Shown: positions 28,835-40,624 of the stretch, piece by piece
Position numbering within the stretch: position 1 is the stretch's first letter
How the letters are laid out: every line of letters starts with the position of its first letter
NCBI GenBank assembly: GCA_964016885.1
Contig: OZ024743.1
Span: 327,236,001-327,300,000 of the forward strand
DNA from: Eledone cirrhosa
Lineage: Eukaryota
DNA length: 64,000 nt
Direction: 5' to 3'
Notes under the pieces: model-generated
What the model was told of the DNA's origin: nothing
The model's database searches: none
The model's input: only the letters and a program-made list of their open reading frames with translations
Program-made: the position numbers and the translations under genes

Positions 28835-29195
28835 CATCTGGGTTGTCTAGAAGTGACGGCAAAAGACCTGACGGTCTTACCCTGTGCCCCTGGTCGAGAG
28901 GCAGGTGCCTTGTCTGGGACGTTACTGTTAGTGACTCTTTTGCTTCTTCCCACATCCTAGATGCTGCGGTTAGGGCGAGAACCACAGCTTCCGCAGCCGA
29001 GCGAAGCAAGGGCCTCAAATACAGTGAGTGATCTGTCGGCCAACTACATTTTCCAACCTGTGGCTTTCGAGACGTTTGGGGGAGTCGCCTAATAGAGATA
29101 ACTGGCGAATCTCGCGAGGGCGCTTGGATGTTCCAGCGCATTAGCCTGGCCATCACCCGAGGTAACGCTGTAAGTGTGCTGGCTTGCCTCAAAAA
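28835..29195 (+). mobile_element. CRE-like non-LTR retrotransposon fragment (restriction-like endonuclease domain)
   Basis: GLSRSDGKRPDGLTLCPWSRGRCLVWDVTVSDSFASSH followed by frameshifted F..VAFETFG and WMFQRISLAITRGNA. Confidence 0.75.
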
Positions 29196-29285
29196 TCATG
29201 AGAGAGGTTGCCCAGTACTCCTCGCGACGCTGTTGTCTTTTGCTCTGGTGTTGGCTCCGTTGTTCATCCTGTCCTTTATAATTTC

Positions 29286-29606
29286 GGCAAAACAACGCTA
29301 TTAGCTGTCAGTCGAAAGCAGCCGATGAAAGCAAAACATCGTTTTTTTCCGTATTACTACCACGCGTAAGTGGATTTTTTTTTTTTTCTAATTAACTTAA
29401 ATTTGTTTTCTAATTTGGCCCTTTTAAGGGCCACCTATATTTTCATTTAAGTAACTCCACTTACATCGATATGCTTTAATAAAAAAAATAAAAAACGCGT
29501 GAAAACTCCACTTACGCGTGGTGGTAGTAATACGGAAATAAACGATGACGAATGACGTCACCTTCGCCTGCTTTCACGACTGACAGCTAAATAGCGTTGT
29601 AGTGCC
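29286..29606. mobile_element. Foldback MITE with 8-bp TSD (possibly Merlin/hAT type)
   Basis: ~95-110-bp imperfect TIRs starting GGCA(A/C)(A/T)ACAACGCTA. The identical 8-mer ATAATTTC flanks both ends (29278-29285, 29607-29614). Confidence 0.85.
29417..29435 (+). promoter_or_regulatory. Orphan histone 3' stem-loop consensus
   Basis: GGCCCT-TTTA-AGGGCC-ACC, one base different from the H1 stem-loop at 34235. No histone ORF upstream. Confidence 0.55.
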
Positions 29607-29847
29607 ATAATTTCTTTAATATTGCAACATTAAAGGAATATATCCTTCTGAAAGAACCGCGAGCATTTATAATGTTATTTAAGCATTTGTAGTGTTATTC
29701 ATGTATATATTTAAATTATAAGCTAAAAAATCATTAAAGGTAAATTCAAGTGCCCCCTGGTTTTGGTGCGTGCTTTAGTGTTATCCCCCTCTCTTTCCTT
29801 AAAATATAAACTGTGTTAATTTGTATACGTTCTATTGAAATTAGCTT

Positions 29848-32674
29848 CTTCTCGGGTCCCAAATAATAGGTGGGTGGTAGGGTGGAAAAATCGGTAATTT
29901 TTCTAGGTTGTGCCCCTTGATTTCTTTTAAAAACCAGAATTAGGCATTTAGTTTACACATTGAGACTCCAACCCTTCCTATTTATTTTATAACGTATGGG
30001 ATTTCTTGTAATGTATTTTTTTTGTTATGTATAATGGTTTTTTTTAATGTCTACAGAAAATGAATTATAACAGGAATGCTACCACTTAAAATAAAATTTC
30101 GCCGGAGATAGATTAGCAAAATTTAATAAGCAGGGTTGTTGTAATAAGGGCGGCGAGAGTGGGAAAATATTATTTTTTAAAGTTTTTCCTATCATTGTTT
30201 ATTGGAAATTTTCTATAGGGAAAAGAAGGAAAAAAAAAAAACACAGTTAAAATGATTGTCTCTATAGAATTTTATGGTAATTTAAAGTTAGTAATTTTGC
30301 AGTTCTTTTGCACAAAAAATTAATTAACAAAAATCCACAAAATATGTTTACAAATCATCAAAAATGAATAGGCCATAAAATATCAAAGCCAGTAAACCAG
30401 AGACTGAACTGGCACTTTTCTGAAAGATAATTTATTGAATTTTACTCTACTGAGTATAGTTTTCTAAACAAGTCTAACAAAAATCAGACAACTTTTAGAA
30501 ATGTAATAATTCATTGTAATGAAATTATTCAATTTTTGCTCCAAGAACATCTTCAGAAAACAAAATCTTCTCAAATTTCACATCATTCCACACTATAGAG
30601 TTAATACTTTCTGGAACCCCCTGGCTATGGTGGACTTTTGAGCAAAAATTCAGTTAAAAGAACTTAAAAGTTGAAGTTTTATGATGACTTTAATGTTCTC
30701 TGTTGGAGCTTGAAACATCAGTTCCCCATGAAAATAATGCATACTTTTGTGTAAAGCTGCGCTCGATGGTACCTAATACAATGATACTCAAATAGGCTGA
30801 AATGTTTAATATAGTTATTTAGAGACATTTTATTTTCCCAGTGCCCAATCCAGGGTTGTCAGATGCTTTAGGCACTGTCATTTAAAATAGTCACCATATG
30901 ATAAGGACTTGATGTTAAGCAATAATTGACATTTAGAAATAATATAGAGGTTTTGCAGTAACCAATACTTATGTAGGAGAACTTAGAAAAGATTATACAT
31001 TTTGAAACTGAATGCATGTAACAGTACAGGCTTTTAAACTAAGAGGAAATTTTCTAGTGCTCCACAAGTTAAATACTCAATATACTCATACTCAATGTAT
31101 ATATAAAATACATGGAAGCAATTTTGCTTTCCTCTTGCATTGAAAGTGAAACATTCTTATGTTTGAGTGACAGGGCTGTGTCTATTTCTCCTAAATGAAG
31201 CAGCCAGGGCAAGGTCTTTTTGATGAAATTTCTGGATGAGATATTATAAGCATCCTTTGGAAGATGTCAAGAATGTTGTCTTTTACTGCAAGCTAGCGAG
31301 ATCTTGCAGTTGACCTACTCTGAAATGACCTAATGTGTTTGATCAAACTTTTTTCATTCCATTTCAGAATTGACTGTCCACCATCCATTCAAAAAATACC
31401 CAGCTCTGAGCACACATTTGATGAAATGGTGGAATTATAACCACCCACAAGGAGCCCCTCTCATCAATATATGAGTTTTTAAGTGTAACATTAAATCTAT
31501 CCCAAGTGCCTTCAATCTGTCAGAACTTACCTTTAATGTTGTCAGAGACAAGAATATTTCACAATTGTCTTTCTCTTCCTGCTTCAAAATGTGAGAACAT
31601 ATATTTTTGCAGTTTTTTTTACTGAAAATTTGGTCAGTCAATGGCCCATATTGGTGTTCCCACCCATCCCACTGGGTGAGTCCATTAGCATTCCAGTGGT
31701 TGACTTAATATGGTCAATGCACTGTTGCTTGGCATGCTGAATAAACTGCAATAGATGTCAAGCTTCACCTCAAGTGATACAAAATCTTTTGAACAAAATC
31801 CTAGTTTCCTTTGAAGGACTGAGAAACAATGCAAATCTGTTTATATAACACTAACCATTCCTGAGAAACAATGCAAATCTGATTTCATGACACTAACCAT
31901 TCCTTTTATTGCTGGAATTATCTTGTCAGCAATCAATTTTTCCCAGGCTTCCTTACAGGAATTATAATCCTTCATTATATGGTGTCCATCAGATATTAAT
32001 GAAGTATCATTTGCCTCAGCTTGTGTTGGTGGCATGGCATAAATGACAGAATTGTCACCTTGAAGAAGAGATATCATCTTGTCATGAATCATTAAACACT
32101 ATTTTGCAAATGACATTCACATTTGTCATTTACAGTGACACATGAACCAAAACTTTCCCTGATAACTTTCAAAGAAGGCTCAAATTCTACAGACAGCATA
32201 TCTTGAACTTCTACAGCTCGTGCCAACGAAACTGGATGAGCAAATGCAGTGCTGTTTGGACCAGGGTAATTCTAATGGGCAATAACACGGCAATATAAAT
32301 GAGGCTTTTTCTGTTAGGTCCAGAGTGCCATAGAGAGACACTTCTTTTCTAAGCATGCCAAATTCATCCCTATGATAAAATTTACAAATCTAATACATTT
32401 ATTTTTCCTCCAAACAGAAATCACGGCAATTAAACAAATTTTGCAGCAAATGCCAGAAAAAACAATCAAGATATATCTTTCAAATTAGGTGCTTTCTTTG
32501 AATAGTTTTATTTCCAATAAGCTATAAACGACTTCTCTGCATCAATTTTTTGCGGAGATATGAAATTATTCCCAAATTTGGCATTCTGGGCGCACTGTGT
32601 GTGTGTGTGTGGGGGGGGGGGGGATCTGAAAAATTAATAAGCGGGAGGGGACGATTATTCGAGACCCGAGAGTA
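29848..32674. mobile_element. Decayed TIR DNA transposon, unclassified
   Basis: Ends TCTCGGGTCCCAAATAAT (29850) and ATTATTCGAGACCCGAGAGTA (to 32674) are inverted. Interrupted minus-strand ORF remnants at 31435-32092. Confidence 0.55.
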
Positions 32675-33536
32675 TAGAGGCTTTTTCTTATATTTCTTAC
32701 AACGTGAATTTATACTCCAAGATAAACTTATGTTTTAAATAGCTTTTCTTTCATATTTCCGTCATTGAATAACTTCTTTTTGTAAATTATAGTTGACATA
32801 ATAAGTTTATGTATAACAGATAATAAAATAAAAATTTAAGGTCTGTTTTTTGAAAAAAAAAAAAAAAAAAAAAAAAATTATCTGTCTTCAATTGTCCGTA
32901 AAGGACAACGGCCCTGGTGGTCAATAAAAAAAAATCATTATTTCAGTATTAGCAAAAAAAATTAATTACCAACCGAAGTAAAATATTCTATGCTTCGAAT
33001 ACATATATACTAAGAAAACACCCTATAAATAAAAATCCATCGTTTTTTTAATGAAAATGTAAGTCTTTTGTATTCAATTCAAACGAAACCATATCTGTTG
33101 GTGTATGTCAGGTATATGTGCGTCCCACCACAAATCCGGATCGATTTATATAGAGTTATTATTGATAAAACTACTCAAATCAAATTAATTACTAAAGAAC
33201 AAAGAATGAATTTATATATCGTTTCGCAAAATTTTATAGAGAATGAAAAAATAAATGATAAAAATGAATTTTTCAGATGGGTCGTAGTAATCTGATTACC
33301 AACATGTCAAAGAAAAATCGAATAAAAATAGTAACAACAAAGTTTGTCAATAATTAAAGTAGATTTTTATAAAGTAACATTAATGTAGAATAGATATATA
33401 AAAAAAAAAATATTTGTTTTGTCTGTCATCAATAAAAAGAAAGCTATTTACTAAGCAGTCTAAGCACATTCATATATCTTTCTTAAAATACCCGCTGTTT
33501 ATTTGAACTTGTCTACTACTACGTCCGTACAATTAT

Positions 33537-33544
33537 TATAAATA
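33537..33544 (+). promoter_or_regulatory. TATA box of histone H1 gene
   Basis: TATAAATA about 60 bp upstream of the ATG. Confidence 0.7.
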
Positions 33545-33604
33545 GAACGTCAGCCGTCGCTGTGTACTAGTATTTGTTACCAAATCACTAAATTGAAATC
33601 AACC

Positions 33605-34210
33605 ATGCCTGAAACTGAAGTTGCTGCTGCTGCTGAACCCGCGGCCGATCCGCCAGCCGCCCCAGCCAAGGCTAAGAAAGCCGCAAAACCGAAACCTAGA
33701 GGTGAAAATCATCCTAAATACAAGCAAATGATATCTGAAGCTATAACTGCTCTCCGTGAAAGAAATGGTAGTTCTCGCCAGGCCATAACCAAATATATTA
33801 AAGCCAACTATAATCTCTTAGGTGGAGAAAAAATCATTCGCCACAATGTGAAGCAATCATTGAAAGTGAGTGTTGCTGCTAACCATGTTGTACAGACAAA
33901 AGGTACTGGAGCATCAGGATCTTTCAAACTCGTCACTGCCAAGAAAGCTAAGAAGCCGAAGGCCAAGGTAGCCACCAAGACAAAGACGCCTGCTAAAGCA
34001 AAGAAATCCGTCAAGAAATCGCCAGCAAAAGCCAAGAAATCGCCAGCAAAAGCCAAGAAATCGCCAGCAAAACCCAAGAAATCGCCAGCAAAACCCAAGA
34101 AATCTCCAGCAAAGCCGAAGAAAGCAGCTGCTAAAAAACCTAAGCCGAAGAAATCACCCGTGAAGAAGACTGCTAAAAAAACAACCAAACCAAAGAAGGG
34201 TAGAAAGTAA
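33605..34210 (+). CDS. H1: Linker histone H1 (201 aa, intronless)
   Basis: ACCATG start, winged-helix globular domain (HPKY..MI..AI.AL.ERNGSSRQAI.KYI...QTKGTGASGSFKL) and Lys/Ala/Pro-rich tail with KKSPAK repeats. Confidence 0.97.
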   Translation: MPETEVAAAAEPAADPPAAPAKAKKAAKPKPRGENHPKYKQMISEAITALRERNGSSRQAITKYIKANYNLLGGEKIIRHNVKQSLKVSVAANHVVQTKGTGASGSFKLVTAKKAKKPKAKVATKTKTPAKAKKSVKKSPAKAKKSPAKAKKSPAKPKKSPAKPKKSPAKPKKAAAKKPKPKKSPVKKTAKKTTKPKKGRK

Positions 34211-34230
34211 ATTAATTACTTTTTTGTTTG

Positions 34231-34254
34231 AAACGGCCCTTTTCAGGGCCAACA
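34231..34254 (+). promoter_or_regulatory. Histone mRNA 3' stem-loop (SLBP site)
   Basis: AAAC-GGCCCT-TTTC-AGGGCC-AACA. The stem begins 25 nt after the stop codon. Confidence 0.95.
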
Positions 34255-36472
34255 AAAATTTGGGAGTCTCTTGTCGATTACGATTGATATAGTACTGTCT
34301 ATAGTCGAGGTACGTAGATCGCTTCGATTGTAATCTTGCTAATTCTATTTCGTTTGCTGACATACATTACACGTTAGCGCCTTTTCAAATTAGGAAATAA
34401 CGTTTTAAAAGAATAGCCACAATCGATTCTTATTCAGTAATTGTCATTCTGCATACATTTTGGTGTATTTTTTCCGTTTTCAGGTGCCCCTTCTAGACGT
34501 ATGAAATTTATAACTCTTTCAAAATATTTCCGCTTCTCCAAACTATCATCACCTCGCCGGCGAATTTTCTGCTTTCGAAAGGTAATGTTTGTTTCAAGAG
34601 ACATGGAAAAACTTTTCAATTTGTCTACATGACTACTATAAAAAATGTTTTCTTATTTCCCGATTTGTCCTAATTTCTGTTTTAAACTGTTAGTCGGTTG
34701 AGAGAACTCGCAAGGCGGCAAAAAGTGGGTTACATTTTAAACTTTGGCGCTTTTTCATTAGGCTATGGATTTAAAGTAGGCATAACCGTTTCATTACATT
34801 TCTAATAACTTTCTTAATGAAATTACGGAAAGTTTTTTTAATGAATGAGCATTGGAAAACATTTTGAGGAACTTAAATAGTTATGGAACTTAAATAGTTA
34901 TGGAATTTTTAAAAAAGATGAATGTGAGCATTCAAAAACATTGTAGAACCGATGATTGTTTATTAAATTGTAGGCTAAACATATATTTTCAGTAGTGTAA
35001 ATTGAGTTTTTTCGCAGTCCCGTAAAAGATCTGGATAGATAAATATTCGTTATCGAGGTATGAAATCTTTATCGTATCCTTTTTGATATACCAATGCGCC
35101 TTCCACCGCCCTTAGTTTGCCGATATTAAACCTTTTACGGTGTTTATTTATTTGAAACTCTTCCTTCATAATTTTATGTAAATTTTAAACTTCCAAATTC
35201 TCGATTAAGAAATCGCGGGCAGTTTTTCTACGCTCTAATAAATTTTATTCCGTACGCGCCTTTTCTGTATCTCGAGCTAACGAACGAATTAAGTGGAATC
35301 CTGATACTAGCTTCATTTTTGTATTGCGAGCTATTTCATAGGTCTGGATTCACAGTTAGTCCTACGGCAGTGTAATATTACACTATGGGCTGCTATTTCT
35401 ACCATATGCAGAGATAGTTGTCACCTCCGCCTCATTTCTACTGGTTTCAGCCATTAGAATGTGACCCTGCTGGAACGGATTTTAGTCTCCAGAATGCTCA
35501 GCCATTAGACGTTAATTTCATTGTCGAAAAGCCTTTCTTTATATTATGGGTATAGATTGAACTTGAGGAAAAATATCAAAGGGGAACAACTTTAGGTTTG
35601 TGGAACAATTATCTTTTTAAAAACTAAAAGCAGTCTTGATAAATCGTTCATTGCCGGCACGTATATTGTCTTAAAATGGAACAACCATTACCATTTTTTT
35701 TTTGGAACTTCTCCCATAAAAGTGGAAACATTTCTGGTGCATTTGAAAATCATCTATGAAAGTTTTAATCACAGGAAATTACATATTTAATTGAGTGAGA
35801 CGATGTATCAGCTGCGTTCTAGACAAGACTGCAAAAGCATTGCTGCGGAGAACAGCTAGTGACAGCCGCTGTCTCGGTCATTCCACATCGGAGCTACTAG
35901 TGAGATGCACTCCCGTTTCGGCGGCAACCATCATGAAAAGGAAGCAGTCTGCCAAATCTTGGTACTTGGTTTACCCATTAAATATGTTAATTGCTCCGAA
36001 TTGTGGACCATATAATTTACTTATAACGTTATGTATAAACATCAATTCAATACGTGGAATGGACATTCGACGATGAGTTCCAGTTTAATGAAATTAGCGT
36101 GTAAGTGGCCGAGCATTCCATATATACGTGAGCTCTTAACGTAATTCTGTATCAACGTTTAACCTAATAATTGAAGCTAGCTTAACTATTTGGCCATTAC
36201 AGGAAAGAACGAATAGCGATAATGTGCGTGTATGTATATATATGATATACTTGTTTTTATTGGCAGCATAACCTTCCGAAAATATAACTATATATTGTGA
36301 GGGCCCGGGAGTCGGGTTAGATGATTGAATTCGCAATCGCGAGATTGTGAGTTCGATTCCCGGACCAGGTGATGCGTTATGGACGAGACACTTTATTTCA
36401 CGTTGCGACCGATAGTATTAGCAATTGAAAGACCAATGGAAACATTGTTTCCTCGGTCCGATTTGACGAAAG

Positions 36473-36505
<33 letters not shown>

Positions 36506-37590
36506 CACATATAGATACCTAGCTTCACTTTGGTAAACAGGGAAGTTCAGTAGAAGAGAAAACTACTATTGCATGCGTGGTATGAGAAAAAGAAAATAAT
36601 TTCGAAAATCTTTCCAGGTTTTTCGTGCATAGTATATGAAGATTTCTAGGTGTTCCTACTCGTGAACAACCTACATATTATTCTTGGTTAAAAAACCGAT
36701 TCTCTCATTTGAGACTAACCATGAGCTTTATGGTCATAGCAAAACCGGCTCTAACAGGGAACCGTTAGAGAATTTGAACGGCAGCTCGGTAGAGGATAAA
36801 TGCTTTTTCTCCTTGTTGGAGATGGTTCATAATTCGCCTGATTATTAGCGTGTGCCATTGCATAGACGTTGCAGGATGGAAGTTTTAATCTTTTTATATT
36901 ATATATAGATATAATTATGTATGAAATTCGAATCCACGGAGATGCTGGCCTCGAAACTCTAGTATCGTTGACAACGCAGAGATTCCCTGGTTGTCTTCCC
37001 ACACCTGCTAGAAATAGCAGTCGGTTTAGTTAGCATACACGGAATGATTTTTGTTTTGTTATAAAATGAGTATCAAGAAACTTTTCTGGGTACACCCTTA
37101 TTGGTGTACTAACTTCGATTGTCAGTTTTCGTTTTTGCGTGATGTGCGAAGACACCAACCTACAAACATCTTTCTTTTATCAGACTGGCTGGCGCTCTGC
37201 TAGTTATACCTGCCCCCACCACTCCCACTGCAAAGATACCACTCACCTCCCGTGTCACATTGTCCTTCCGACTCTCTCTGAATGACTAACACTTTAATTG
37301 TATCTCTCTCCTTTTTCCCCTCCTCTGTTTTTCTGTCTCTCTCGGTAGATGTGTGTGTAGTTCCCTAATCTTTCTCTAAATCTCTCTTTCTATGTGTAAT
37401 ATATTGAAGGGAGATACGGAAACTAAAACTGTTGTCATATAGGAGAGTGAAGAGAGTAAAGCAGTTAAATTATAGAGAGGGGAATGATCTTACATACATT
37501 TTAAGTATAGATGTGTGTGACTTGTTTTGATATCCGGCAATTGGTGAAATCAAGTGTGAAAGTATTTGTTTGTGTGGGATACATACATTA

Positions 37591-38185
37591 TTATATTTAT
37601 CAGGTGTTGGTGGTTTGGCAGTATCGGTAGAGGGTTGGACAACATGCTTTGTAACACAGAGTTACGCCCCTTTCTGATCTGAGTTCAAATCCTGCCGAGG
37701 TTAACTTTGCCTTTCATCCTTACGGGGTCGATAAAATAAAGTACCAGTAATGCACTGGGTATTTGATGGCCTTGTGCCAAAAGTAGAAACAATTATTATA
37801 TTTATCAGGTGGTGGATTGGCAGTATTGGTAGAGGGTCGGACGCCATGCTTTGACGCATAGAGTTACGCCCCTTTCTGATCTGAGTTCAAATCCTGCCGA
37901 GGTTAACTTTGCCTTTCATCCTTACGGGGTCGATAAAATAAAGTACCAGTAATGCACTGGGTAATTGATGGCCTTGTGCCAAAAGTAGAAACAATTATAT
38001 TTATCAGGTGGTGTATTGGTAGAGGGTCGGACGCATAGAGTTACGGCCCTTGTCATTCTGAGTTCAAATCCCACCGAGGTTAACTTTGCCTTTCATCCTT
38101 ACGGGGGCGATAAAATAAAGTACCAGTAATGTACTGGGTATTTGCTGGCCTTGTGCCAAACGTAGAAACAATTATATTTATCAGG
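37591..38185 (+). mobile_element. Three head-to-tail tRNA-derived SINE copies
   Basis: ~180-205-bp units, each with B-box GAGTTCAAATCC and the same body, joined by TTATATTTATCAGG. Confidence 0.88.
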
Positions 38186-39014
38186 GTTGCCTTTTGATGT
38201 ATGTATTACCTGCTGTCATATAGAGAGTGAAGAGAAACAGAGTAAAGTAGTTAAATTGTAGAGAGGGTGAATGATCTATTATAGAGAGAGGGAAGAGTGA
38301 CAGATATATATATGAAAAACCCCATTTGCTCACCATACAGAGAGATGGAGACGATGACTGGGAGTTTGGTTCTTCCACGTTCGAACCATATCCTTGTGGT
38401 TGTGTTGATCATTCTTTGATGATCTGTTATATGTGGTCATTGTTGCCTCTCCTTGGTTCCCCACTCCACAAATATGTATTTGTTTAGCTTGTTAAAAGAC
38501 CTGTTAGTGTTTCAATGACATTAAAATACTTTTAATACTAAATTGCCTTTTATTTTAAAGTGTTTATATTTATCTAAACACAATGTTATGTAAGAAGCTT
38601 AGTTATATTCCAAACACCATCTTAATGAGAGTTTTTTTTACTGAATTCCTTCAAATTTTCAAAATTTGAAAATCAGGTTGTCTTAGAAATATAGTAATAA
38701 AAAGGGTTAAAAGGGATGGAAGGACTTCTACCTCTGTTTTGGTCCATTTTTTTTAATCTCTCCGATATCAAATTGAACATTATCCTTTTTAAAGTGGAAA
38801 CATGATGTTCTGATTGTGACAAAAGTAAACCAAACAAAACTTGAATACATTTTTACAATATATGTTTTCAAATATGATATGGACTAAATGAATATTAAAA
38901 TGGTGATAAATATATTTTGAACTTGTTTACTCATATATAGGAGAGTCATGAAAGTGAAGACAATTATGTACAAAAATTTCCAATAGACAAACCACATTTT
39001 GTGGGAAGGATATA

Positions 39015-39354
39015 TACAGTGTACCCCCGGCATTCACAGAATTTTCTTTGGAACCTAACTAATAATTGTTCATGGAAATCACTGCATATTCACGTAATTG
39101 TAAATAGCTTCCGTGATTTTTTTAATGGATTTTTTCGTGGCAATATATATTTTTTAATGCTAGATTATTAATAACAATATACCATATAGGATGCCCGCCC
39201 CATTACATAAGACGCTCCCTCTTTTTTTATAACATTTTACGTTATATTTTGATGTTCATAGGCATTTTATGGACCACATCCAATAATTGCAGATTTTCAC
39301 TCTTCATGGGTGCTTAAGGAACATAACCCCTGCAAATACTGTGGGACAACTGTA
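39015..39354. mobile_element. pogo/Tigger-like MITE
   Basis: TA-CAGTGTACCCCCGGCATTCACAG ... CTGCAAATACTGTGGGACAACTG-TA: imperfect TIRs with TA TSD. Confidence 0.6.
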
Positions 39355-39950
39355 TATAGCTGTCACTTGCAATCGAAAATGACTGTATTATACACAAACA
39401 TATATGTTTCACTCTACCAAATTTCCCTCTATGTATTGGTAAACCTTAAGTTCATTCCATGACATTTACAGCTAAGGTAAACTCATTGAGAAGGTTTGTG
39501 GTTGAGGCCTGTGACAGTGGAGACTTCCAGTTTTCTTGGCTGGACCACATCCCTACTCACTGCTATCGGAGTGGAGTTGGCTACCCACAAGTGTGAACCC
39601 TGCAAGGTGGAGTAGCTGTTCCAGCACATCTCCTTTGCCATCCTCTGGGGGGGGGGGGGGGGGGCAATGTTTTCTCTATCCTGTCTGCTGGAACCATGAG
39701 GCAGACTGACCCTTAAGTTTCATTTATGGTGGTGGCATGTGGAATAGATTTACTTGCATTTTATTATACTGTGTTCTTTCAAATTGTTTCATAAATACTT
39801 TACTTCATTCACACACTGTTGAGTAAAGTGTCAATGACATTCCCTTTTGGCTTAGCTTATGGTACTCTGAGCAAAGGAAAGCTATGGAAAGTGGAGTCCA
39901 TTATAGTAGTTAGAGAAACAAAGTAAGTGCATTGACAAAGAAACATTTAC

Positions 39951-40011
39951 CATTGTTCTGTTGCTGTTTTGTTCCATGCATGTATATGATGTCCTTGTTA
40001 TTTACAATTCG
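39951..40011 (-). CDS. TNF-superfamily ligand, exon encoding strand A
   Basis: Acceptor TTTGTTTCATTTTCTCCAG, donor G|GTAAAT, 61 nt, phase 0 to 1. Reads RIVNNKDIIYMHGTKQQQNN(E) and joins the 22173 exon in frame. IIYMHG sits at the AHLTG position. Confidence 0.65.
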
Positions 40012-40624
40012 CTGGAGAAAATGAAACAAAGAATATATGTAATTGCTTGATTATATTATTGCTATAGGGTATATCTTCATTAGTATTTTTAGTGAATTTC
40101 AACAATTATAAGACTTATAGCCTGAGAGTGTCTGCAAAGGTCACTGGCATTGTGCACTCCACCCCTCTAGATGTAACCTCTAGAAACTGAACTTCATAAA
40201 GGAGTTGACAAAGAATCAAGCTGACTAATGATATGCCATAATATAAAAGACCTGTCTATCAGTACAAGCACTGTAACACAAAAATTTAAAATAAATGGAG
40301 ACTATAGTGTTTAGCAATCAAAATCAGAAACAATCAGGGTTGGAGAAGACTTCCCAGTTTGGCCTAGCAGGTAACAACCTCTCTAATATTGGTACCACAA
40401 TAAAATGCACCCAGTTTACTCTGTAAAGTGCTAGTGCTGGTGTCACAAAAAGAACATCTGGCACACTGTAATGAGGTTGTTAGGAAGGGTGTCTAGCCAT
40501 TGGAAATTGCTAAATATGGAATATAATGAGCATGATTGGTTGTTCAAACTCATCTGGTCTTGGATTGTGACAACCTGTCCAACCCTTGTCAGCATGGAAA
40601 AGGGACGTAAAGTGATGAATAGAG

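Noticed and set aside
33808-34188. 126-aa hydrophobic minus-strand ORF
   Set aside because: Antisense shadow of the Lys-rich H1 tail.
37615-37697. tRNA gene
   Set aside because: A/B boxes are present but there is no cloverleaf. It is the head of a repeated SINE.
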